DNA of 64,000 bases from an uncultured Actinomycetes bacterium (GCA_963814365.1 CAWFCL010000004.1:1034660-1098659); one strand, 5' to 3'; positions 49,984 through 58,814 are shown, counted from the stretch's first letter. Notes: generated by a model from the letters alone, not told the origin. Numbers and translations are program-made.

Positions 49984-51921
49984 ATGTCAACGGATGTCAA
50001 GCCTCTTGCAATAGTCCTCTTTCTCCTGATCGTAGGCCTAGTTCTGTTCATATCCTTCTGGACCGCGCGCAAAGCCAAGTCTGCTAGCGGCTATTACGCG
50101 GCCGGAGGACGTATTCACTGGGGCATAAACGGAATAGCGTTCGCAGGCGACTATCTTTCGGCGGCCTCATTTCTTGGTATCTGCGGTCTGATCGCCGTTT
50201 CCGGCTACGACGGCTTCTTATACTCTATCGGCTACCTGGCCGGCTGGGTGGTGGCTCTGTTCGTGGTCGCCGAGCCCATGCGTCGCCTGGGCAAATACAC
50301 GTTCACAGACGCCATGGACTCGAAGTTCGACAAGCGCGGTCTGAAGCTTTGGGCAGCCATAGCTACGCTCATCGTCTCCATCTTCTACCTGATACCGCAG
50401 ATGGTAGGGGCCGGGGTGCTGATAGAACCGTTGCTGGGCCTGCCACATTGGGCCGGTGTGGTCATAGTGGGCGCGATCGTCATAACCATCGTCGCCACCG
50501 CCGGTATGACGTCTACCACGTATGTCCAGTTCATCAAGGGTGCCCTGCTAATCACTTTCGCCCTAGTGATCTGCATAGCCCTGCTCGTCCGCGGACTTTC
50601 CACCGAGCCCGACCAGGGTGGAACCGTACCCTTCTATGAGTACCAGACCGTCACCGCGACGACTGGGGCGGATGGGACTATAGTCCCGGATGATTCTTCA
50701 TACGAGGTCCTTGCCGTTCACACCGATGAAGCCAAGGGTCTCACCTTCGTCAAGCTGGACGACGGTCAGAGGGCCACATGGTGGAAGGCGCAGACGGACG
50801 ACGCCGGAGCCGTGGTGGCACTTCACGAGGGTCAAGAAATCGTGACCATGGCGGACGGCACCAAGTTCATCAATGGTGCTGAGGAGTCAAAAGACAACGA
50901 CCTTCGCCAGGTCGGCAACCTTCCGGTCATCCAAGGTAAGAGCGACACCGAGACCGGAGGCCTCAGCCCCTGGAAATTCCTCGCCGTTATCGGCGACAAG
51001 ACGACCACGGTCAACCTATGGAAGTCCTACTCGTTCACCGACGGCGAAGATAGCGTTTCCGTCTACTACGAGAAACCGGTGCCCGGCGACACCATCATGA
51101 GGCCAGGCGCTAAATTCAAGCTCGACGCGGGTTCCTGGGTCGACAGGATCGACTTCATCTCTCTGATGATCGCCCTATTCCTAGGCACCGCTTCGCTGCC
51201 GCATATCTTGATCCGCTACTACACCGTCCCCAGCCAGCGCGCAGCCAGGAAGTCGACCGTAGTCGCCATTGCGGCTATCGGGTTTTTCTACATCTTGACG
51301 CTGTTCTTGGGCTTGGGAGCGATGTCCAGTGCGACGATCAACCCGCTCGACAACAACATGTCGGCGCCGCTTCTGGCACAAGCGTTCGGGACGTTCTTGT
51401 TCGCGATGATCTCGGCGATCGCGTTCGCCACTGTCCTTGGAACCGTGAGCGGTCTTATCGTCGCGTCCTCTGGCGCGGTAGCCCACGACCTACTCGACCG
51501 CTACGCCGGACGCATCCACAGCGAGAGGCAGAAGGTCGTTGCAGGCAGGCTCGCCGCAGTTCTGATAGGCGCCATCGCCATTCTGCTCGGCATCGTCTTT
51601 CAGGGGATCAACGTGTCGTTCCTGGTCGGCCTTGCGTTTGCAGTCGCCGCTTCGGCCAACCTACCGGGCATCATCATGATGCTCTTCTGGAAGCGGACCA
51701 CCTCAAAAGGCATGATCGCCTCCATCATCGTCGGAATCGTGATCTCGGTAGGCATCATCCTGCTATCGCCTACGGCCTGGGAGCTGTACGGTCTCACGCC
51801 AGCGGACGCACCGATTCCTCTGAACAACCCCGGGATCTTCTCAATACCGGCAAGCTTCCTCGCCATCTATCTGGTGTCGAAGCTGACCAAGAGGGACATG
51901 CTCGAAGAGCACTCCAAGTAG
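49984..51921 (+). CDS. actP: Cation/acetate symporter ActP (SSF family) with a long hydrophilic insertion
   Basis: SSF motifs (GYYAAGGRI, GTASLPHILIRYYT). ATG lies 1 nt after the DUF485 stop. A ~185-aa hydrophilic segment is encoded at 50593-51147. Confidence 0.9.
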   Translation: MSTDVKPLAIVLFLLIVGLVLFISFWTARKAKSASGYYAAGGRIHWGINGIAFAGDYLSAASFLGICGLIAVSGYDGFLYSIGYLAGWVVALFVVAEPMRRLGKYTFTDAMDSKFDKRGLKLWAAIATLIVSIFYLIPQMVGAGVLIEPLLGLPHWAGVVIVGAIVITIVATAGMTSTTYVQFIKGALLITFALVICIALLVRGLSTEPDQGGTVPFYEYQTVTATTGADGTIVPDDSSYEVLAVHTDEAKGLTFVKLDDGQRATWWKAQTDDAGAVVALHEGQEIVTMADGTKFINGAEESKDNDLRQVGNLPVIQGKSDTETGGLSPWKFLAVIGDKTTTVNLWKSYSFTDGEDSVSVYYEKPVPGDTIMRPGAKFKLDAGSWVDRIDFISLMIALFLGTASLPHILIRYYTVPSQRAARKSTVVAIAAIGFFYILTLFLGLGAMSSATINPLDNNMSAPLLAQAFGTFLFAMISAIAFATVLGTVSGLIVASSGAVAHDLLDRYAGRIHSERQKVVAGRLAAVLIGAIAILLGIVFQGINVSFLVGLAFAVAASANLPGIIMMLFWKRTTSKGMIASIIVGIVISVGIILLSPTAWELYGLTPADAPIPLNNPGIFSIPASFLAIYLVSKLTKRDMLEEHSK

Positions 51922-51949
51922 GTCGGACTTTCAGTCGGCCCAAGACAAA

Positions 51950-51990
51950 GGCCGCCGGATGTGATCCACATCCGGCGGCCTTTTCTTTGT
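51950..51990. terminator. Bidirectional intrinsic terminator between actP and the convergent satP-like gene
   Basis: GGCCGCCGGATGTG-atc-CACATCCGGCGGCC (14-bp perfect stem) followed by TTTTCTTTGT. The complement is preceded by CTTTGTCTT-type sequence. Confidence 0.85.
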
Positions 51991-52012
51991 ACTCCAGAAA
52001 GGCTTACCTCTT

Positions 52013-53089
52013 CTAGAAGAAGTCCTTCTCTGGGAGGGGTTGACCCGTGTATCCAGCCGTCGCGTAGTACACGGCCTTGTCAAAGAACCGACCCAACTCC
52101 CTGTTGAGATCTACTGCCCGCTGCAGATCTGCAGCCGACTCCCACAGGCCATGAGTACGCGCGGTCATCCAGATTTCGCGCTTCAGCAGCAGAGTCGCGC
52201 TGATCAACTCGGACAACGGTAGCTTCTGTGCCGAGCGAGTAGCTCCCAGGTTGTAGAAGAACTCTCCGATCTCCGCGTCGGCGGGTTGGCCGCCGAAGTA
52301 AGAGTCGACCTGGCTAAGGGCGAATTCGCTGGAGCTCACCAACTCCTTGTCAGACACCGCACCGTAGGAGGGTGTCTGGGGGCTCTGGCGCAACGCCTGC
52401 AGCCAGAGTTCGGCGATCTCGTCACCGTGCTGGACGACGAAGCCCTTGGGCAGATGGCTTACCGGCCCCAGTGGCAGGACTACCTTCCTATAGACTTCGT
52501 TGAGCGTCTGAGCGGCCGCTGTGTAGATGGCAGCTAGGCCGGTCGCTATACCTTCCCATCCAGCTATCTTCTGCATGACAGAAGCGGCGTCGGTATATCC
52601 GCCGGTCTTCAAGAAGTTCTCGGTCGCAAGCAAGAAGAACAGTACGGTCAACAGACCGAACACGACCTGCAACGCGCGGTTAAGCTTCAACGTGCCGATG
52701 TACATATAGCCCGTGAAGACACCCCACAACACGAAATACCAGGCGAGTGCCGTGCTGGTGCTACCGGCCGCAGCGTCGGCCTGGGGAAACAGCGTCGGCA
52801 TGAGCCATATGCCGGCCAGGCTCAGCCAAAACAGGCCATAGGAAGTAAAGGCCAACGTGCCGAAGCTGTTGTTCTTCTTCCACTCCATGATGCCGGCGAT
52901 GATCTGAGCGATGCCACCGTAGAACACACCCATCGCCAAGATCATGGCGCTGAGACCATAGAAACCGGCGTTGTGGATGTTGAGCAGTACGGTGGTGAGG
53001 CCGAATCCCATGAGCCCTAACGGCGCCGGATTAGCGTTCGTATCGAGCAGTTTGGTCACGGTCTCGTTCGCGGCGACAGTGTTTGCCAT
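52013..53089 (-). CDS. satP: SatP/YaaH (GPR1/FUN34) acetate-succinate channel fused to a C-terminal RsbR-N-like helical domain
   Basis: The N-terminal ~210 aa are near-collinear with the YaaH family ([14 protein letters not shown]..., FYGGIAQ, ...VLPLG). An extra ~146 aa (52016-52453) reads [14 protein letters not shown]...LKREIW... Start at ATG 53089 (other ATGs up to 53143). Confidence 0.85.
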   Translation of the reverse strand: MANTVAANETVTKLLDTNANPAPLGLMGFGLTTVLLNIHNAGFYGLSAMILAMGVFYGGIAQIIAGIMEWKKNNSFGTLAFTSYGLFWLSLAGIWLMPTLFPQADAAAGSTSTALAWYFVLWGVFTGYMYIGTLKLNRALQVVFGLLTVLFFLLATENFLKTGGYTDAASVMQKIAGWEGIATGLAAIYTAAAQTLNEVYRKVVLPLGPVSHLPKGFVVQHGDEIAELWLQALRQSPQTPSYGAVSDKELVSSSEFALSQVDSYFGGQPADAEIGEFFYNLGATRSAQKLPLSELISATLLLKREIWMTARTHGLWESAADLQRAVDLNRELGRFFDKAVYYATAGYTGQPLPEKDFF

Positions 53090-53234
53090 ATGCAGCATTC
53101 CTTCCATGTGTTTGCAGGATTGTTCCACGTAGCTATCGATCACTGGAGTGAAGTTCCGGTGCTAAGCAGGCGCGGGTCGGCGCAGAATATACCCGCCCGC
53201 CACCACTTCTGTCTACTGACAGACGCAATCTTGT

Positions 53235-53240
53235 AGAATG
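53235..53240 (+). promoter_or_regulatory. Candidate -10 box (TAGAAT) for the PHP/DUF294 operon
   Basis: TAGAAT lies 32 nt upstream of GTG 53273, with SD GAGAGGG in between. The palindrome TCTGTC-N4-GACAGA sits just upstream (53209-53224). Confidence 0.45.
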
Positions 53241-53272
53241 GCAACACGCCAGTAGCGCGCTGAGAGGGTCTT

Positions 53273-54079
53273 GTGATCGAAACGATCAGGGTCGACCTAC
53301 ACTGCCATTCATCGTTGAGCGATGGGGACCACTCTCCAGCCTACGTAGCCCACTCCATAGCGGCCACTGGTGCTGAGGGGGCGGCCCTCACCGACCATAA
53401 CACCGTGTCAGGGCAGCACCAGTTCCGTGCCGTTCTCGAGCGGCGAGGGGTCCGCTCTGTGGTCGGCCTGGAGATGGACGCCCGCTCACCCATCGGGGTG
53501 CTACACCTTTTGGGCTACGGGTTCAACCCCGAACACCAGCCCCTTCTGGACGCCTTATGCACCCTACGGCAACCGCTGAGAGCCTCTGCCAGGTACTGGA
53601 TGGAACGTCTTGTGGCCTTGGCCCCAAAGAGATCTGGCGGAATCGACAAGCCTTCACTTGGCCCGTCGGTCCCTGAACCTCCAAAACCGCCTTCCACCGC
53701 CGAGGTAATAGGCCTGCTGCACGATGCTGGAGGTCTGGCGTTCTTGGCACATCCGCTTGCTGGTGTTGGGAACGTGCAGAATCTAGAGAGAGTGCTTGAG
53801 TGGTTACAACCCGAGGGGTTGGACGGCATGGAAGTCTTCCACAAACCATATTCAAGCGAGACCCAGCAATCGCTGCTCGACATGGCGCTTCGCCGACACC
53901 TTCTGTGCATCGCCGGCAGCGATTTTCATGGTATACATCATTCTGATGGCTCCAGCCCCGGGGTCGATATGCCCTTGGTACACTGGAAGGAGTTCTTGGC
54001 CGCGTTGGACTGCGGCGTAACCGAGGGCTCGCCCTCAAGAAAGGTCGACAGGCTCGCAAGAGAGAAGGGGGCACGTTGA
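53273..54079 (+). CDS. PHP-domain metal-dependent phosphoesterase (TrpH/YciV-like)
   Basis: PHP motifs in order: DLHCHSSLSDG, LTDHNT, GLEMD, LAHP, GMEVFH, AGSDFHG. 268 aa. Confidence 0.85.
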   Translation: MIETIRVDLHCHSSLSDGDHSPAYVAHSIAATGAEGAALTDHNTVSGQHQFRAVLERRGVRSVVGLEMDARSPIGVLHLLGYGFNPEHQPLLDALCTLRQPLRASARYWMERLVALAPKRSGGIDKPSLGPSVPEPPKPPSTAEVIGLLHDAGGLAFLAHPLAGVGNVQNLERVLEWLQPEGLDGMEVFHKPYSSETQQSLLDMALRRHLLCIAGSDFHGIHHSDGSSPGVDMPLVHWKEFLAALDCGVTEGSPSRKVDRLAREKGAR

Positions 54080-57048
54080 ATACTGATAGCGGTCTCATGG
54101 GCAGATTGTTCCCTCAAAGATGGGGCGGCTTCTTGCTCAGGATCGTCCTCCCTGCCGTCTTAGCCGTAGCCCTCTTCATACTTGCCGTCTTTCTGATCCT
54201 TATCCCGTCCGTCGAGACACAACTCCTCGACGGCAAGAAGCAGACCACCCAAGAGCTCACTAGAGCCGCCATAAGCATCCTCGACGAGTACTACGCTGAA
54301 CAGTCCTCCGGCCGCATGACTCAAGAGCAGGCGCAGACAGAGGCGGCCGCCCGTATAGAACTGCTGCGCTACGGAGACGAGGGGCTCGACTACTTCTGGA
54401 TAACGGACACTCACCCCACGATGGTGATGCACCCCTATCTCCCGGAGCTCAACGGTCAGGATCTTACCGACTACCCCGACAAGCGAGGCAAGAAGCTCTT
54501 CGTTGCGTTCGTAAATGAGGTAGAGGATGACGGGTCGGGCTTCGTGGATTACTACTGGCAATGGAAAGACGATCCAGATCGTGTGGTCCCGAAACTCTCG
54601 TACGTTGAGCTGTTTGAACCGTGGGATTGGATCATCGGCACGGGCATATACATCGAGGATGTGAATGCCGCGATCGCCCGCTTTCAAAGGTATCTGAGTT
54701 ACATCTCCTTGGCCATTATCGCCGCCACGGCGCTCCTCCTGTTCTACAGTGCCAGACAGAGCCTCAAAATCGAACGTCGCCGCGCAAGCGCGGAGCAGGG
54801 CCTCAAGGAATCGAACGAGAAGTACATGGCCCTCGTGGCAGCAGCCACCGAAGGCATCCTGATGACCCTGGACGGCAAGTGCGCGTACACTAACAGACCA
54901 CTCCAGGACATGCTCGGTTATGAGCCCCGGGAACTGTCGGACATGCTGACGTCGCTACTTCTGCTGAACGAGACTCCAGCCGATGAGCGGGCGATCGGAT
55001 ACATCCAGAACCTAGGGTCTACGGGCCTCGACACACCTGTCGACCTCTTGCCCCCTCCGACCTTTGAGGCCCGCTTACGCGCCAAAGATGGTCGAGTAGT
55101 CGACTCCCTGGTCACGGCCACCCCGATCTCGCTCGCGGGCAAGCACGGGGTGATACTCATCGTACGCAGCACTGCGGCTCAGAAGGCCATGCAGTCGGCT
55201 TTCGAGGAGTCCAGACGACAGTTCCTAACCATGTCGGACGCACTGGAACTAGGGGTATTCAGGAGCAGTTGGGGCAAACGCGCCACCTTGCTGGAGGCCA
55301 ATCCTGCAATGCGCAAGATCCTCCAATTGCCCGATAGTGCCAACCTGGGCGATTGCGATTGGCTGGACAAGATAGTCGATGTCGAGGAAAGAAGAGCCCT
55401 AGTCGATCGACTGAACAAGGACAAGGTCGTCCAGGACTACCGTCTCGGACTGTGGAGTGACGATGGCGGACGCACAGAAGTGTCGCTGTTTGCAGTCTTA
55501 GTCGATGACGACAAGGGCGAACCCAGGTACTGCGACGGCATCGTCGAGGACGTCACCAGACGGACGAGGGGCGAACACGAGCGAGAGGCGTTGATAGCTC
55601 AACTGCAGACCTCCCTCTTCTACCTGCGCGAACCCATCAACCGTGCGGTGAAACCGGCTCTGTCGCTTGAGATGGGCGAGAGCATACGCCGAGCCGCCTC
55701 TTTGATGAACAAGAGCGGGGCGAGCGCCGTGTTCGTCAACGCACCCGACGGCGAGTTGATGGGGATAGTCACCGACCATGACTTCCGCGAACGCGTCATT
55801 GCGACGAACCTCGACCAAGACGCGACACTGCGAGCGATCATGACGGCACCCGTCGATTCAATCTCTCTAGACTCTCCCGTATACGAGGCCATGCTCATGA
55901 TGCAGGAGCGTGGTGTCGAGAATCTGGCAGTGAAGGACGACTCTGGCAAGTTGGTCGGAATCCTCCGGCTCGGCGATCTGATGCGCTATCAGCAATCCTC
56001 CTCGGTGATAGTCACCGAGTCTATTCGGCGAGCTGCTTCTCTTGACCAGATCGTCGAGGCTCACGACAGATTGCCAAGCCTCGTTGCTGCTGTTGTTGAA
56101 TCCGGAGCGGATACCCGCTACGTCAATCGCATTATCTCTGGAGTGTCCGACACCACAGTCCAACGGTTGCTCGCTATGGCCCTGGATGAACTCGGACCCG
56201 CCCCTACACCTTTTGCCTTTCTGGCACTCGGTAGCGAGGGACGCGAAGAACAGACTCTGCTCACCGACCAGGACAACGCGCTCGTCTACGACGATCCGCC
56301 AAAGGACAAGGCGGATGAGACCTCCGAGTACTTCCTGCGCCTGGGCACCCTCGTCTGCGACTGGCTAGACCAAGTCGGATACTACTATTGTGACGGTGGC
56401 GTCATGGCCAAGAACCCACGCTGGAACTTGTCTCGCTCGGTGTGGAAACAACAATTCTCGCGCTGGATACACAACGCCGACCCACAGGAGCTGCTGGAAC
56501 TCAACATGCTCTTTGATTTCCGGTGCGTGGCAGGTCAGCAGCAGTATGCGCGCGAACTACGAACTTGGGTATTCGACGAGATGCAGGCATACCCGCTCTT
56601 CTTCATCCATTTCGCCCAGAACGCTCTCTCTTTCAAACCGCCTTTGACGGTCCTAGGCAACATTCAGACGACCTCCTCCGAGCAAGGCGACAAGGTCCTA
56701 AGCCTGAAAGAAGCTTTGATGCCTGTGGTCAACTTCGCTCGTCTTTACGCGCTGAAGCATCGCATCGACTCTACCAACACCCTTGATCGCCTGTTCGAGT
56801 TGAAAGACCGTGGCGTCATCAGTCGCGAGTCCTATGAGGAGATCGTGCCTGACTACGAGACCTTGATGCGCATCCGGCTACAGAAGCAGGCCATGGCGAT
56901 GGAAGACAACCGCAAACCGAGCAACACGATCTCACCAAGCGAGATCTCTTCGGGAGAAGAGGCCAGACTCAAGCGTCTCTTCTCGGTAGCCGCCGATCTG
57001 CGCAAGAAAATGAGCTTCGATTTCCTTGGGGGAATCACGGGATTCTAG
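54076..57048 (+). CDS. Membrane sensor protein: TM-sCache-TM-PAS-PAS-CBS pair-DUF294 nucleotidyltransferase-DUF294_C
   Basis: Cache-like periplasmic region (DYFWITDTHPTMVMHPY...YYWQWKDD...PKLSYVELFEPWDWIIGTGIY) between two TM helices; PAS (SNEKYMALVAAATEGIL...); CBS pair; NTase motif GSEGREEQTLLTDQDNALV; C-terminal substrate-binding-like domain. TTG start overlaps the PHP stop (TTGA) after GAGAAGGGGG. ATG 54097 is an alternative. Confidence 0.8.
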   Translation: MNTDSGLMGRLFPQRWGGFLLRIVLPAVLAVALFILAVFLILIPSVETQLLDGKKQTTQELTRAAISILDEYYAEQSSGRMTQEQAQTEAAARIELLRYGDEGLDYFWITDTHPTMVMHPYLPELNGQDLTDYPDKRGKKLFVAFVNEVEDDGSGFVDYYWQWKDDPDRVVPKLSYVELFEPWDWIIGTGIYIEDVNAAIARFQRYLSYISLAIIAATALLLFYSARQSLKIERRRASAEQGLKESNEKYMALVAAATEGILMTLDGKCAYTNRPLQDMLGYEPRELSDMLTSLLLLNETPADERAIGYIQNLGSTGLDTPVDLLPPPTFEARLRAKDGRVVDSLVTATPISLAGKHGVILIVRSTAAQKAMQSAFEESRRQFLTMSDALELGVFRSSWGKRATLLEANPAMRKILQLPDSANLGDCDWLDKIVDVEERRALVDRLNKDKVVQDYRLGLWSDDGGRTEVSLFAVLVDDDKGEPRYCDGIVEDVTRRTRGEHEREALIAQLQTSLFYLREPINRAVKPALSLEMGESIRRAASLMNKSGASAVFVNAPDGELMGIVTDHDFRERVIATNLDQDATLRAIMTAPVDSISLDSPVYEAMLMMQERGVENLAVKDDSGKLVGILRLGDLMRYQQSSSVIVTESIRRAASLDQIVEAHDRLPSLVAAVVESGADTRYVNRIISGVSDTTVQRLLAMALDELGPAPTPFAFLALGSEGREEQTLLTDQDNALVYDDPPKDKADETSEYFLRLGTLVCDWLDQVGYYYCDGGVMAKNPRWNLSRSVWKQQFSRWIHNADPQELLELNMLFDFRCVAGQQQYARELRTWVFDEMQAYPLFFIHFAQNALSFKPPLTVLGNIQTTSSEQGDKVLSLKEALMPVVNFARLYALKHRIDSTNTLDRLFELKDRGVISRESYEEIVPDYETLMRIRLQKQAMAMEDNRKPSNTISPSEISSGEEARLKRLFSVAADLRKKMSFDFLGGITGF

Positions 57049-57075
57049 TCGCCCCCAGGCGACCCTCGCTCCACC

Positions 57076-57109
57076 CACGAGCGGCCTGGACTAACCCAGG
57101 CCGCTCGTG
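57076..57109. terminator. Perfect 14-bp hairpin between convergent genes
   Basis: CACGAGCGGCCTGG (57076-57089), 6-nt loop, CCAGGCCGCTCGTG (57096-57109). No U-tract. Abuts the permease stop. Confidence 0.5.
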
Positions 57110-57965
57110 TCACCTCTGCCTACGCCTGCGCCTGCGCCTCCACATCCTCACAAGACCCTTCTGCGGCGACAATACGAAAGTGATCATGAAGAATGCCGTC
57201 GCCAGCAGCACCATGGCCCCGCTCGGAGAGACATCGAGGTAGTAGCTCAGAAACAGTCCACCGACGGAAGCCAGAGCACCCAGACACGCTGACAGCGCCA
57301 TCATCGTCGCCAGTCTTCGTGTCACGAGATAGGCGGTAGCAGGTGGAGTCACGAGCATGGCAGCAACGAGCGCGACCCCTACAGTACGCAGCGAGAACCA
57401 CTATGGTCAGAGCAAGCATCATGAAGAGCGTGGTACGAAGAAGTCCAGTGCGTAGACCCAGCGTCTGTCCAAAGACGGGGTCGAACGAGACTACCAGCAG
57501 GCGTCGGTATAGCAGCCCTACAGCGGCCAACACCAGCAATGCCAAGCCCCCGCTCAGCCATAGATCTCCCTCGCTGACCCCAAGTACGTTGCCGAACAAC
57601 ACGTGAGTGAGATCCACCGCATACCCCTCCATGGTGCTGATAAGCACTACCCCAAGGGCCAACGCCGCGGCAAAGAAGATCCCGATCGCGGTGTCCTCTC
57701 GCACCACCCCGCTGCGTGATACGTAGCTGATGCCAGCAGCTACGACAACAGCTGCGATCAGGGCACCCACAAGCAGGTTCCCCCCCACCAGAAAAGCTAC
57801 GGCCACCCCCGGCAAGATGGCATGAGCCAGAGCGTCACCCAGGAAAGCCATGGACCGCAGCACGACATAGCAGCCCACGACCGCGCATAACACGCCCACG
57901 ATGAGCGAAGCCGCAAGTGCGCGCTGCATGAATCCGAGGCTGAAGGGTTCTGTCAGCCAACTCAT
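57110..57965 (-). pseudogene. ABC-3 family metal (Zn/Mn/Fe) transporter permease, interrupted by an apparent 1-nt insertion near 57395
   Basis: The frame from ATG 57965 is canonical up to ...MMLALTIVV and then becomes R/C-rich nonsense. The +1 frame continues SLRTVGVALVAAMLVTPPATAYLVTRRL... and ends at 57110. Confidence 0.85.
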
Positions 57966-57967
57966 AC

Positions 57968-58804
57968 CTATCGTTCCGCCCCTCGAGTGTGCTCTTCACC
58001 GCACGCGTCACATTGACAGCTGTCGATGGCTCCTACCGGTCCGTGGCCACCACAACACTGGTCCACCACAACCGACTTTCCATCCACCACCACCATCTGC
58101 CCACCAAAAGCATCGGCTAGGTTCTTCTGGGTGAACACCTGCTCGGGAGTGCCAAAGCTCACTAGACAACCATTCAACAGAGCGAGTCTGTCAAATCTGC
58201 CTGCCGCCATGTCCAGATCGTGCGTAGACACCAACACCGTCACGTCCCGGTCCCTCAGCTCCCCCAGCAGATCGAAGATCGCTTCCCGAGTAGCCAAGTC
58301 CACTCCGGTCAATGGCTCATCGAGCAGCAGCACATGCGGATCTTGGGCCAGCGCGCGAGCCAAGAACACCCGCTGTTGCTGCCCTCCCGACAATTCTCCG
58401 ATAGGTCTGCCAGCAAGATCGGATAGGCCGAGCCGCCCCATGCTCGCCTCAATGACTTCCCGGTCCGCGGCGGACAACCTCGCAAGCCAGCCACGCCGTC
58501 CGTACCTACCCATGGACACCACGTCGCGCACCGTGACCGGGAAGCGCCAATCCACTTCCTCTCTTTGGGGGACGTAGGCCACCACGTCGCCGTGCTCAGC
58601 CGGGGGCCGGCCGTGTATGAGTATCTGCCCCTGCCGCAGAGGCAGAAGCCCGACCAGGGCCTTGAACAGCGTAGACTTCCCGGCACCGTTGGGGCCTATC
58701 ACAGCGACTTGGGCGCCGTGCGGGATGCTCACCGTCATGGACTCCAACGCAGGACGATCGCCGTAGTAGACGCTCACATCCTTGAGCTCCAACGAACCCG
58801 TCAA
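57968..58804 (-). CDS. Metal ABC transporter ATP-binding protein with Cys-rich C-terminal tail
   Basis: Walker A GPNGAGKST, signature LSGGQQQR, Walker B LLLDEP. Tail reads DQCCGGHG...DSCQCDACGEEH. TTG start after GAGAGG. Confidence 0.9.
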   Translation of the reverse strand: MTGSLELKDVSVYYGDRPALESMTVSIPHGAQVAVIGPNGAGKSTLFKALVGLLPLRQGQILIHGRPPAEHGDVVAYVPQREEVDWRFPVTVRDVVSMGRYGRRGWLARLSAADREVIEASMGRLGLSDLAGRPIGELSGGQQQRVFLARALAQDPHVLLLDEPLTGVDLATREAIFDLLGELRDRDVTVLVSTHDLDMAAGRFDRLALLNGCLVSFGTPEQVFTQKNLADAFGGQMVVVDGKSVVVDQCCGGHGPVGAIDSCQCDACGEEHTRGAER

Positions 58805-58814
58805 ATCACGCCTC

